Below the pieces are notes generated by a model that did not search any database, was not told where the DNA came from, and saw only the letters and a program-made list of their open reading frames with translations. This document shows, one piece after another, positions 46,718 through 58,200 of a stretch of 64,000 nucleotides of DNA (position 1 is its first letter; every line of letters starts with the position of its first letter). The position numbers and the translations under genes are program-made. Source of the stretch: a virus; the IMG/VR virus record IMGVR_UViG_3300030114_000522; one strand, 5' to 3'.

Positions 46718-49700
46718 TTATTTTCTCCTAACTAACTTATCATTACTGTTTAACCATTGTTTAATATTACTATCATTCCATATTGCGTCACCATTAATTA
46801 ATACATTTTCAGCAACATCAAACGGTTTTATTGTTATTATATCTGTCATCACTGTTACAACTGTTGAACTTTTATCTACTATTGTAAATTCTATATTTTC
46901 ATTTGAATATATTGTAAAGCATTCTTTTATTTTATCTCCTACTTTTAAGTCTTCTAGTGTTTGAGTTACAAATATGTTATTTAATTTTGTTGTAATTATA
47001 TAAGCACCATTATCTTTATAAGTTGTACACCTTGCACTTATAGGTAGATTCAATACTATTCTTTGTCCTGTACTCATACTTAAAGGATATTCACTACTTA
47101 TATTACCTGTAGAATCTATTGTAATTAATTTATTACTATCGGTTGAATCAATTGTTCTAGTATAATATTTATAAGCTTGTCCCTCAGTCAAAGTTAAAGT
47201 AGTATTAGTATTTTTATCTATTGCAGATTGTGTTAAATATCCTTTTGTATTTAATGCTTTACCAAATGATAATTCTTTTGTATATGAGAATCCTGTACTA
47301 TCTATTATTACTATTTGTAAAGTATGTGAACCATATGATATTGTATCCCAAACAGACGTTAAATCTAATATAAATTCTTCTGCTAATATAGTTGATGTTT
47401 TAATATGTTTTCTAATATTAAAAGTTAAATCATCTATTTTTTCATATATAGTTAAATCTGAATTTGTAGCATAATCAAATAATTTATAATTTACTATTAC
47501 TGGATTTGCACCCGTATAATTATTTTTAGTACGAATACTTATATTTGTATTAGTTGTTATATCACTTTCTAAAAGGGTAGTCCCTAATATATATTCACCT
47601 AATATATCTCTTGCTTCTAAATAATCTACATCTTCATTTGGTCTTGAATTTTGAAATATAGAATAAGCATTAGTTCCTATTAGATTATCTTTAGATGGTA
47701 TGAAACAATTAGTATTGACTCCATCTATATTAGTAGGAATTAATATACTTTTCATTCCATTTGATAAATTTGTTAGAAATCCATCTTCTAAATTATATGA
47801 ATTATATAATGTATTTGCTATTGAAGGTGGTTGGTCATTATCCGTTTGTGGTTCGTACCATGTAATTGTTCCATCTGTAATTCTTGTTACATCAAAATTC
47901 ATTAGTCCTGTTTCTGCTACATGTTGAATAAAGAAAAAGAATTGGTCTTCAGGATTTATATCTCCTGATATTGATGAATATTTAGTATATAATTTTACAT
48001 TATTTACCCATTTAGATATCCAAAATTCATTTCCATAACGTGTTAATTCTATATACCCAATATCATTTGATAGTTTGAATAGCATGGAATTGTTTGATTC
48101 TAAGTCTCTTGCCCATAATTTTAGGGTGAAGCCTCCATCAACTTTAAAAGGGGAAGAATCATCAAATAACAAAATTCCACTGTGTCCATCCCACCATTCT
48201 CCATCAACAAACTGAGAATCACCGCTTTCGAGACGCCCTACTATCTGTTTAGCAAAGACTTGTAAAAAAGTCGCTCCTTCTTTTGGTATATTACTTACTT
48301 GTAAAAGTGCATTAAAACGTGTTTGTTGATAAATACAATAAAATTCTTCTGTTATTGATGTTTCAACACCACCATTAGTTAAGACTAATAATTTAATTTG
48401 ATAATTTGTTTTATTATTTAAATTAGTTGAACATTGCCAAGAAAGTAATCCATCTGTTAAAACTGCACTTTCATCAATTTGCTCTCCGTCTTTTAATAAA
48501 ATAAATTGATATGAATAAAGAGTATCCGATGTAGTTACATTTGTTCCATCAGCTTTTATATAGGTATCACTTTGATAATATTCTGCTGTAAAAAGTGGAT
48601 TTTGTATAGTTATTAAATTATTTACAATCCCATTGATAATCAATTCAGGTTTAGAAAATGTTTTTAATAGTACTACATCTGAAAATGCAGAATATTGGTT
48701 ATTATCATTATATGTTCTTATTTTAACTTGATATTCTAATCCATTTATAAGTGAATTTTTTAAAATAATAGATTCAAAATCAAAAGTTTCTAATTTTCTA
48801 TTGTATACTACATTCGCATTAGAATCATTAGTAGTTATATTTATCTCATTAAAATAAATTAAATCTCCACCTAACGATGAAAATGAAATAGTATTTTCTT
48901 CTAAAGAATTAATTGGATTTAATATACCACTATTATTAGTAGTAACTATTAATGGTTTTGTTAAATTAGTAGATTCTCCACTTACTATTTGTATTTTTTT
49001 AAACGTCCATTTTCTTAAAGTAATATTCCCAAAAGAATCAGTAACTTTAATGGTTATAGTATGTGTATCATATGTTAAACTATCCCATATTGATGCTAAA
49101 TCAATGCTTGTGCTAAATCCAGTTGTTTGATTTTCTAAAGTTCTTAATGTTGTCGAATCAACTATTTCTTCTATGTCCATCAAATCTGCGTCACCATCAT
49201 AAATAGTGTAAGCTTTCTTAAAACTAGCAGTATAACTATTTAAGTATCTATCACTGTCTGATATTGTAGAAGGTTCATTGTAGACCTCTAAAATCGGACG
49301 GTACATAACATCATTAGATTTAGCAAATTGATTTATTGTATCATAATATTGAATTGAATTTTTATTTCCTCTTATGGTTACATCATATCCAACCTTATCT
49401 TTAGTTAAACTTGACGCCCCATACCAGTTTAAAATTCCATTGCTTATAGATGTTACTATAGTTGAATCATTATATCCATTAAGAGTTTTATCTTGTCCAC
49501 TTGGTAAAGGAAGTGTACTTAGTCCTATTTCATTACAGAAATATTTATCATAATCATTATCAGATGGATTACAACTAGAGTTTTTATTTCCATTTATTCT
49601 AGTTATCGTTCCACCAGTAGGAAGACGAAGTTTATATTTGATTCCTTCTAACGTAATTATTTGACCATTTACAAGTCCTTGTTTGGATAAATCATCATAA

Positions 49701-49906
49701 GATATATTATTTAATAAACCATTTGTAGCTATTAAATATTGTTTAACTCCATTATTTACTTTTAACCAAGTTATTTGATTTTCAATGTTTAAATCTTTAG
49801 TTCTGAATTCAAGTGGTGAATTTGCTATATATGAAATTCTTGTATTACCTGTGAATTTTGTAGGAATTCCACCCATATATAAACTTCCAAGTGTTAAAAT
49901 TTCCAA
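46718..49906 (-). CDS. large virion structural protein with Ig/FN3-like segments
   Basis: 1062 aa, beta-rich, YQVKIRTY and HTITIKVTD segments, tail module position. Confidence 0.65.
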   Translation of the reverse strand: MEILTLGSLYMGGIPTKFTGNTRISYIANSPLEFRTKDLNIENQITWLKVNNGVKQYLIATNGLLNNISYDDLSKQGLVNGQIITLEGIKYKLRLPTGGTITRINGNKNSSCNPSDNDYDKYFCNEIGLSTLPLPSGQDKTLNGYNDSTIVTSISNGILNWYGASSLTKDKVGYDVTIRGNKNSIQYYDTINQFAKSNDVMYRPILEVYNEPSTISDSDRYLNSYTASFKKAYTIYDGDADLMDIEEIVDSTTLRTLENQTTGFSTSIDLASIWDSLTYDTHTITIKVTDSFGNITLRKWTFKKIQIVSGESTNLTKPLIVTTNNSGILNPINSLEENTISFSSLGGDLIYFNEINITTNDSNANVVYNRKLETFDFESIILKNSLINGLEYQVKIRTYNDNNQYSAFSDVVLLKTFSKPELIINGIVNNLITIQNPLFTAEYYQSDTYIKADGTNVTTSDTLYSYQFILLKDGEQIDESAVLTDGLLSWQCSTNLNNKTNYQIKLLVLTNGGVETSITEEFYCIYQQTRFNALLQVSNIPKEGATFLQVFAKQIVGRLESGDSQFVDGEWWDGHSGILLFDDSSPFKVDGGFTLKLWARDLESNNSMLFKLSNDIGYIELTRYGNEFWISKWVNNVKLYTKYSSISGDINPEDQFFFFIQHVAETGLMNFDVTRITDGTITWYEPQTDNDQPPSIANTLYNSYNLEDGFLTNLSNGMKSILIPTNIDGVNTNCFIPSKDNLIGTNAYSIFQNSRPNEDVDYLEARDILGEYILGTTLLESDITTNTNISIRTKNNYTGANPVIVNYKLFDYATNSDLTIYEKIDDLTFNIRKHIKTSTILAEEFILDLTSVWDTISYGSHTLQIVIIDSTGFSYTKELSFGKALNTKGYLTQSAIDKNTNTTLTLTEGQAYKYYTRTIDSTDSNKLITIDSTGNISSEYPLSMSTGQRIVLNLPISARCTTYKDNGAYIITTKLNNIFVTQTLEDLKVGDKIKECFTIYSNENIEFTIVDKSSTVVTVMTDIITIKPFDVAENVLINGDAIWNDSNIKQWLNSNDKLVRRK

Positions 49907-49928
49907 TATTAATTCCTCCTTTCTTTAT

Positions 49929-51491
49929 TTAATATATTTTTAAGTTATTTAATTTATTTTCTATATCATACTTTATATATTCTTCTAGGTTTAAATCTTT
50001 TATATATTTGAATTTAAAATTATGATGATGATTCCTTTTTCCTAAGCAAACATATATCACGTTACCATTTAATAATTTAACTCCGAACAACTCTTTACTT
50101 TGTCTTTCTAATTCAGCACTAGAAGAAAACACATGTCCAGTTGTTATACATATAATTGGTTTTCCATATAGTTTACCTAATTTGTAACTACGATTATATA
50201 ATTCTTCTTTTGCATTATAATCAATCCAATCCCATATTTTAGAACCCCTTTTAAGATAATTCAGTACAGTAGTTCTTCCCATATTCATCATTTTCCCAAT
50301 TTCACTTGTTGATAAGTCAGGAAAATCCCTTTTTATTTCACAAATAATTTTTAACAAATTACTAAAAGTAAATTCTTCGCAAACTTTCCAATCTATTTTA
50401 TCTAAATCAAAAATATTATTTAGATTGCTTTTTAATATGTTATTCTTAATCCATTCTAATACACTATATCTACAATCAATAATTATGTAATTTTCCTCTT
50501 TAATATTATTGGATAAAGCTAGTTCTTTCTTTAGTTTATCATTAAACTGTTCTTCTTTTAATGTTCTTGCACCTTTTATATTTTTAAAACTATTTTCATA
50601 ATGTTGTAATCCATTTACTTCTAAAATATATTGTTCATTATTATATTCAAAATAAAAATCATATCTATATGCATTTATCCATTCAAAAGTGGTTTTAGTT
50701 AATTGTGTTTGAAAATTTATATTTAGTTGTTCTAACATATTGAAAATTATTTTCTCACTATAAGAAACATTATCTGAACATGAGCAACCTATTGAATGTT
50801 GCTTATAAATTAATCCAATTTTCATTTCTTTGTTTTTAACTCTTCCACAATCAGTACAAGTTGGATTAATTTTAAATCCACTTCCACGAGTATATTTTTT
50901 AGCAACTTCCTCACCTATATATGGAATCATCCACTTATCTGTATCATATATTGTGTTAATGCCTAAGACGGCTTTAAAATTATTACAACATGAACATCCT
51001 TTTTCTTCTAAACTACTCTCTCGTACCCAATCCTCATAGTTGCAAATATTACAATGATACTTGTACCATTTTTCGTTTATATTATTCATATTTATTTTAT
51101 ATTTTGTTATAATCTTCTTATCTATAACTATAATATCACGTTTTTTATCCTTATAAGAAGTGCCAATTTTTATTTTAAAATCTTTTGTATGTTTACCTAA
51201 TAATATACCAAGTTTACATTTTTGCAAATTTAATTTTGATATTTTGTATTCTTTATTATCATATTTTACAAGTATATCATTCTTATTTATCCATTTTTTT
51301 ACTTCAATCCAGCCTTCTAAATCATCATAAATAAAATATATATATTGTTTAATTGATTCTTTCCAATTATAAGAATTTCCCTTTTTAGATAAACATTCTA
51401 AAAATGATTGTCTACATTGACCACTCTCAATTAATTCTTTATTTATTTCTTTAAATTTATTTATAATTTCTAAATATTCTTTTTTGTTCAT
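49929..51491 (-). CDS. free-standing PD-(D/E)XK endonuclease with Zn ribbons and NUMOD-like C-terminus
   Basis: SYSEK, RYDFY, LEVNGLQHY, D..K..LA; paralog of 62343-63701. Confidence 0.75.
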   Translation of the reverse strand: MNKKEYLEIINKFKEINKELIESGQCRQSFLECLSKKGNSYNWKESIKQYIYFIYDDLEGWIEVKKWINKNDILVKYDNKEYKISKLNLQKCKLGILLGKHTKDFKIKIGTSYKDKKRDIIVIDKKIITKYKINMNNINEKWYKYHCNICNYEDWVRESSLEEKGCSCCNNFKAVLGINTIYDTDKWMIPYIGEEVAKKYTRGSGFKINPTCTDCGRVKNKEMKIGLIYKQHSIGCSCSDNVSYSEKIIFNMLEQLNINFQTQLTKTTFEWINAYRYDFYFEYNNEQYILEVNGLQHYENSFKNIKGARTLKEEQFNDKLKKELALSNNIKEENYIIIDCRYSVLEWIKNNILKSNLNNIFDLDKIDWKVCEEFTFSNLLKIICEIKRDFPDLSTSEIGKMMNMGRTTVLNYLKRGSKIWDWIDYNAKEELYNRSYKLGKLYGKPIICITTGHVFSSSAELERQSKELFGVKLLNGNVIYVCLGKRNHHHNFKFKYIKDLNLEEYIKYDIENKLNNLKIY

Positions 51492-51528
51492 TGTTTAATC
51501 ACTTTCCTTTCAATCTTTTATTAATTTA

Positions 51529-51726
51529 TTATTTGGTTTCTATTTCCATATAAAAAGAACTCAAAGCTTTAAATAACTCTGAGTTCTTTTTATATTTATA
51601 TGTACTTATTCCATTAATCTCTTTTACAAACGTATATTTTACACCAATAGATTCAAGATAATCTCTTTCGTAATTCCATTGCGTAGAATACTCTTTATCA
51701 AACTTAGATATGTTATGGTTTGTCAT
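51529..51726 (-). CDS. small protein, possibly DUF5659-like
   Basis: DYL...G.......YKY.K..ELFKAL..FY pattern; SD AAGGAG. Confidence 0.55.
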   Translation of the reverse strand: MTNHNISKFDKEYSTQWNYERDYLESIGVKYTFVKEINGISTYKYKKNSELFKALSSFYMEIETK

Positions 51727-51751
51727 ATTATTAAATCTCCTTTAATTAATT

Positions 51752-52672
51752 TTAAGTGGAACTAATATTATAATCGTAAGTTAAATTGTTTTTTAACAAT
51801 GATAACATATCAGTTCCACTAACTTCAATCCAATCAAAACTCCATTCCCATATTGAGAATACACTATGATTACTATCTGTTATTCTAGTAGGGTTTTGTA
51901 TTTTTACCACTAAGAACAAATTATTATATCTCATTAATTTTGGTTTTCCATCATTTAAATATGCTTCTATCTTTTGATTTAATACATTTTCAGCTTCTAT
52001 TGTATCTGTGTTTGTATTTCCAAAATTGTCTATGCTTTCTTTTGATAGAGCAGTAATATTAATTTTGCCTTTTCTATATTTAGTTGCTGAATTTAATATT
52101 ACAGGATATTGACCAACTAAAGTTTCTATTATAGCTGAATTATTAACAGTAGTAACATCTCCTATTTGCAAATCATATCTGCAAGGCATATTAAATTGAG
52201 AATCGGTTAAAAATAAACTATCATATGAAGTTTTAATTGAAGCCGACATACCTACACCGATAATATTTTGACAAATTGGTGAAAATCTATAAGTCATATT
52301 TACGTTATTTTTTATATAATAATCATATAATTGATAATTATCTATTCCTTTAACGTATTTTATTTTATACATAAGTTCCCATTTTAGAGAACCTTGTTCT
52401 TGACGTTCAAATAATAAATACTGTATTGGAATATTCTGTAATTCTATGTTCCCTGCCTCGTAATTATTTTTAAATTTAGCATCATAAACTGTATTCGACG
52501 ACCAACTTTCTTTTGTTACTACATTGGGGCTATCTAAAGTTTCATCTATTTTAGCTTCATCATATATTCCATTACTTAATCTTAATACATTAAATTGCTT
52601 ACCCATATACGCTTGAGAAACAAATGGACTATTTCCAAATGTTGAACCGATTTTATTCCAAAATATAGTCAT
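51752..52672 (-). CDS. tail/baseplate protein
   Basis: 306 aa in the tail module downstream of the tape measure. Confidence 0.6.
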   Translation of the reverse strand: MTIFWNKIGSTFGNSPFVSQAYMGKQFNVLRLSNGIYDEAKIDETLDSPNVVTKESWSSNTVYDAKFKNNYEAGNIELQNIPIQYLLFERQEQGSLKWELMYKIKYVKGIDNYQLYDYYIKNNVNMTYRFSPICQNIIGVGMSASIKTSYDSLFLTDSQFNMPCRYDLQIGDVTTVNNSAIIETLVGQYPVILNSATKYRKGKINITALSKESIDNFGNTNTDTIEAENVLNQKIEAYLNDGKPKLMRYNNLFLVVKIQNPTRITDSNHSVFSIWEWSFDWIEVSGTDMLSLLKNNLTYDYNISST

Positions 52673-52763
52673 TTATAAATTCACCTACTTTCTATTATTA
52701 TTTCTAATTTTAAATATAATAAAAGACCTAGATTTCTCCAAGTCTTAATTTCATTATTTTTAT

Positions 52764-53621
52764 TTATTCTGAAAAATTATAGTCATCTAATTGTGTATAC
52801 CAATTAAAATTTGTTATATTTCCTTTATCATCATAATTTCTCCAAGTTAAAAATTTAGTAGATTCATAACCAACTTTCAAATTTGGATATTTATAAAAAC
52901 CAGTATAAAAACCACCCATAACTTTCTTATTATTCTTACTACAACCTGATATAAAAGCTTCCCCGATATATTTTTGATAATTTCTTAATAACTCTTTAGT
53001 TTTTTCTTTATCATTATCACTAATTTTAGTTGAATATTCTAAAAGATAGGGTGAGAAAAACGTTATTTCGTAAGGAGAATTGGTTATTTCACCAAAATCA
53101 GTTTGAACCCAACAATCATAATCAGATATACCTAATTTATCTGTATCGATAGTGAATTTAAATTTTAATTTTCCTATTGGTGTATCTAGTGTATTGTATT
53201 TAGTATTAAGACTATCTTGTAAATCAGATAATGACTCTACATTTGAAGTATTAGTATTTCCACTTGAATTATTGTTTACAGTATTAGTTTGAATATTATT
53301 ATTGATTATTTGTCCATTATTAATATTATTTATAATACTATTATTACTATTTATATTATTAGTAGTGTTTTGATTCCAAACTCCATTATTATCTATTTTA
53401 TATCCATTTATTTCAGTATTTGTAACCATATATCCACTCTTATCAAAATAATACCATTTAGAATCAATTTGTTTCCAACCTACAGAATATGAATTTCCTT
53501 CTGTATTCCACCAGCCTTGACTATCTGATTTCCATTCTGCATTTGCTCCTATGCTCGAAGTTCCTAAAATTGTGGTAGTTATAATTGTTAAAGCAATAAA
53601 TTTTTTGATAGATTTTAACAT
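52764..53621 (-). CDS. secreted cell-wall-binding-repeat protein (moron)
   Basis: Signal peptide ending ANA-EW, GWKQIDSKWYYFD repeat, Asn-rich linker, flanking hairpins. Confidence 0.8.
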   Translation of the reverse strand: MLKSIKKFIALTIITTTILGTSSIGANAEWKSDSQGWWNTEGNSYSVGWKQIDSKWYYFDKSGYMVTNTEINGYKIDNNGVWNQNTTNNINSNNSIINNINNGQIINNNIQTNTVNNNSSGNTNTSNVESLSDLQDSLNTKYNTLDTPIGKLKFKFTIDTDKLGISDYDCWVQTDFGEITNSPYEITFFSPYLLEYSTKISDNDKEKTKELLRNYQKYIGEAFISGCSKNNKKVMGGFYTGFYKYPNLKVGYESTKFLTWRNYDDKGNITNFNWYTQLDDYNFSE

Positions 53622-53754
53622 AGATTTCTCACGCTCCCTATATTATTATATAAATATACATTTACTTAGAACATTATACCACATTTTGTTCTTACTGGAT
53701 ATATTTATATAATAATACTTAATAAAAGGACTTAATAAAAATACTAAATCCTTT

Positions 53755-54915
53755 TTAAATACTAGGTACTGGATAAATTTTATGACATTCCATTGTCATA
53801 ACACCAGTAGGTTTAAGGTCAAATGTAACACTGTCAATTAGCCATCTCCCTTCAATAATTATATCATCAAATGTATATTTAATTTCAATAATTCTATTTG
53901 GAATTAAATGATATATAGGTATTAATTCTAAAGTTATAGTTTCTGCTAAATTACTAGCTTGTTGTAGTTGGTATTTGCATTTGGCTTGACATTGTGCGTC
54001 TAAATATAATTTATCATCAGTATAAGTCTTTCTATGTACTCCTATTTTATCAACCGAGAAAGGTGTTCCTGTATCATTTACCATTTCATATAAATACTGA
54101 TAAGTTGAGCTATCTTCTGAATCTGAAACGGTGGCACCAAATACCTTTATTTTATTCCTGATATTTTCAAAATTTTTCTTATAATCGATAGATATTATTC
54201 TTTCATCTTGATTAAGCGATTCAATTGCTAAATCAGTTGTTTTATCTTTTATTGATTGATAACAAAAATATCCATTTTCGTCAAAAAATATTTCAGTATC
54301 TAAATAAAATTCTTGCATTGCTTTAAGTATATCTCCATATGTACTATCAGAACTATATGTTTGGTCACTACCTAAAGTATAAATAAGTGCTTCTATTTTT
54401 CTCTTACTGTAATTCATTTTTTCCGTATCGTTCAATAGACTATATAATATTGTTGTAATTAAGGTATCGGCAGTATAAATAAGAGATACTGGTAAACTAC
54501 CACCAAAAGTACCATTGAAATTATTCATAATGTCACAAATAGTTAATGATATTGTCCTTTCTGATTTACTTAACTTAATATCTGGTGAATTTAAAAGATA
54601 TATTCCTAAATTAAACTCTGCTTTAATATCTGTATTTAAATCATCTTGAACTATTATAAAGATTTGTATATAATTTCTTAAACTAATCTTAAAGTAATCT
54701 GTATTTAAATCTTTACTACTAATTAAAGTTAATGTTCCATCTCTTCTAAGTTGTCCATCATTTTTAAGGGAAATAGAACCTGTAACTATATCTCCTTCTA
54801 AACTAGAAACTTTATTAAGATTTTCATTTAGTAAATCAACTCTACAAGTTACAGTTCTATTCGTTGATTTACATGCTAAATATTGGTTATTTTGATTCAT
54901 ATTAGTATCAGCCAC
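53755..54915 (-). CDS. baseplate hub/tail tip-like protein
   Basis: EIFFDENGYF, NKIKVFG, WLIDSVTFDL; two genes after the tape measure. Confidence 0.65.
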   Translation of the reverse strand: MADTNMNQNNQYLACKSTNRTVTCRVDLLNENLNKVSSLEGDIVTGSISLKNDGQLRRDGTLTLISSKDLNTDYFKISLRNYIQIFIIVQDDLNTDIKAEFNLGIYLLNSPDIKLSKSERTISLTICDIMNNFNGTFGGSLPVSLIYTADTLITTILYSLLNDTEKMNYSKRKIEALIYTLGSDQTYSSDSTYGDILKAMQEFYLDTEIFFDENGYFCYQSIKDKTTDLAIESLNQDERIISIDYKKNFENIRNKIKVFGATVSDSEDSSTYQYLYEMVNDTGTPFSVDKIGVHRKTYTDDKLYLDAQCQAKCKYQLQQASNLAETITLELIPIYHLIPNRIIEIKYTFDDIIIEGRWLIDSVTFDLKPTGVMTMECHKIYPVPSI

Positions 54916-54946
54916 TTATTTATCACCGCCTTAAATTTTAATCTAT

Positions 54947-55234
54947 CTACCAACAATTCCAATCTTTCTTATCAATTATCCAAGATTGATTTGAGTTACC
55001 ATTAAAATACATAATTATTACAATGTTTCCCACTGATAAATCTAAGTTGCTCCTTGCTGGAATTTTAAAAATTTCATCATTTATTTTTATAGTATAGATA
55101 TTACTTCCATCTATTGGAGCAACAGTAACCACTCCCATACTATTCATTCTTGTTATTGCGTTATTTTCAACTGCATCGTTAGAATGTTTCTGCATTGCTC
55201 TTGCAAATCTTTTTCCGAATGATATTTCCGACAT
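54947..55234 (-). CDS. small OB-fold-like tail protein
   Basis: 95 aa, GVV...YTIKI...L.VG..V pattern. Confidence 0.55.
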   Translation of the reverse strand: MSEISFGKRFARAMQKHSNDAVENNAITRMNSMGVVTVAPIDGSNIYTIKINDEIFKIPARSNLDLSVGNIVIIMYFNGNSNQSWIIDKKDWNCW

Positions 55235-55285
55235 TTACATTTCACCTCTTTTAAGGTAGAGAAATTAATCTCTACCTCCTTTTAA

Positions 55286-58200
55286 TTAATTTGATAAATT
55301 TGTTTCACTTTCAACTGCTTCAAGCATACTCTTAATAAATTCTTCAGCATTATTTGCATTAACTTTAACATCTGTAATACTATATTGATTTATTGTTTTA
55401 GCATTAGAATTATTATTTGTTGTACTATTAGTAGATGATAATAAATTAGAACTATCTAATGTATATGATGATAAACCACTATAAGCCGATGTTTCAGTAT
55501 AATTTGCTTTTGCCTTATCACTATATAATGGGTTATTAGAATCATTATATAAACTTAATTTTGAACTAGTTAAATCTAATACTGATTGTTTATATTTTTC
55601 AAAATTAGCTAATTCTTGAGATATGTCTATAGAATTCATAGGTGTAAAATTTTTATCGCCCTCATGCATATTATTATACATCTCTTGAAATTTAACATAT
55701 GAGGATTCCATATCTACTAATAATTGCATTATTAAATCACTACTACTGGTCGCAATACTTACAATATTAGTAAATCTATAATCATAAATTATTTGAACCA
55801 ACTCTAAGAACTTGTCTGTAAATTTAGTATATATATTAGCAAAATTCTTTAAGCTGTTTTGTTGGTCACTTTGTGCTTTTGTTTGCTTATCAAATAATTT
55901 TTTATAATATGAATCATATTCATCTTCAAGCTTTTTATCAGTATCTTGTAAATTTTTTAGATTTTCATTCAGTCCACTTGAATCAATATTTACTATATTA
56001 TTGATTTGATTTTTTCTATTTTTTATATCTTCTTCACTTATTATACTACTATCTTTTTTAGATAATAAATCATCATAAGTTTTAGATAATTGTGTTAAAG
56101 ATTCATTGGCATTATTAGCACTTGAACCAATACTTTTTAAATGATTATCTATATCATTATTATCTACTTTTGATTTTTCAGTAATTTTGTCCTTATTTTT
56201 TTGTAAATACTTTGATATATCTCCACTATTAATAGCATTATCTGCATCATTAGTTGTAAAATTAGCTCTTAATGTTGTTAATTCTTCTAATGATTTTTTA
56301 GTTTTAGTTAATGTTGCATCTATAGAGTTTGCTATTGCATTCCAATCATTATTATTATTTTCCACCAATTTTCCCAATGTATCTTTTGCTAATTTATCAA
56401 TATCTGAATAATAATTTTCAATACGCCTTTTATCTCTATCTTGTGCTTCTTTTAAATTATCACTGTATTTGTCTAGATATTCTTTCTTTTTTTTATATGA
56501 ATTTTCTTCTTCTGTTTTTTCAGATTCAAGAACTTTCTTTTTTTTATCTAATTCATCTTTTCGTTTAATGTCTTCTAAATCTTTATTTGCATCTGTAACT
56601 GCTTTTTTATCATCTATGATTGTTTTTTGAGATAAAACATATTGATACTGCCAACTACCATCATTTTGCTGAACTAAAGTTTGTACACTTCTTTGTTTTT
56701 CATCTCTTGCTAATTGTGCTTCTTTTTCTTTAAGAGTATTATTTTTTTCTTGTAAAGCATTGGCTTTTTCAATTGCATCATTTTCATCATCTAAAGCTTT
56801 TAATTCAGATGCAAATGCTTCTAATTTTGCATTATGAATATCTTCTTCTTTTGTTTTTATAGCATCTAATTTATCATTTTGAGCTTTTTGTTGTGCTTCC
56901 AATTTTTGAGTATCAATTTCTTTTTGTTTTTCTAATATAGATTTCTCTTGTTCTTGTATGGTTTTTTCCATTTCTTGATTTAACTTATAAACTTCAAGTG
57001 TTTGAGTTCGTAGTTCTTTATTTGCTTTAAGTGTTGCATTTTCTAATGATTCATTCGCTTCTGCTGTTGATACTGTAGTATTTTTTAAAGCATCTAGTTG
57101 TTCTTGTGCCTTTTGAACTTCTTCTTTTTGCTTAGCAATTTTTTGAGTAGTTAAATCAATTCTTTGAGTGAAATTAGAGTCATCAGCTTCGCCTAAAGTA
57201 GTTATACTAGCGTCTATTTGTTCTATATCATCTGCTATTGTTTCTTTGCCTTTATTATAAGCATCGGTGATATCGTCTATCATTTTCTTTTCCCGTGCTA
57301 TTAATTCTTGTTCGGCTTTTTTAGACTTAGAAGCAGAGCTACCATCTGGTTCATAACTAGAATCTGATACTCCTCCAGCAGAACTAGTAGGTAATGTCAT
57401 TGAAGTATATAATTTATCTATTGCATCTTTACCAGCTTTTAGCTTTGCTAATTCTTCTTTATCTTTATTTATTTTATCTGCATTATCTGATACTTCTTGT
57501 ACATCTGAACTCGCTTGCCATGCATCTACTGGTGCTGTTGAAGCAGATGAAGCTAAGGTTATTTTTGCATCGATTAATTTTTGAATTTCACCTATTTCTG
57601 CTTGATAATCAGCAATACGAGCAAGTGTATCTGTATATGTTATAGATGTATTATTATACTGCCATGTCGCATTGGCTTTTTGGTCTTCTAATTTTACTTG
57701 AGTTAAAACTTCAACCGTTTTTCCTTCAGTATTCATGTAACTAATAGTATCACTAATTAATCCAGTATTGGTAATATAAGTTTTACCATTAGCATCCATT
57801 TGTGTATCTAAGTTTCCAATTTTTCCTTGTAGTTGTTCTACTACACCAGTTAGTTCTTTCTTTTGTTCTGTTGATAAATTTTCTTGTGCTGATAAATTAT
57901 TATAGGTAGCATATAAACTTTGAACTGTTTCCATATATTTATTATATTCTTCTGTATTTGCTTCGGTATTAGTTCTATGTTCAACTTGTGCTTTTGTTTC
58001 TTCTTTTATTTTATTAACCATATCAATATTAGCAATTTGTTGTTCCGCTTCTGCTAAAGTATCTGTACTAATACCAGCTTTTTTCATAACGTCGGAATAT
58101 TCATCTACTTGTTTATTTAGTCCACTTAAAATGTCTCTTAATTGTTGTGCTTCGGTTAATCCATTTTGACCAACTATTTTAGTTTCGCTTGCGTTATTTA

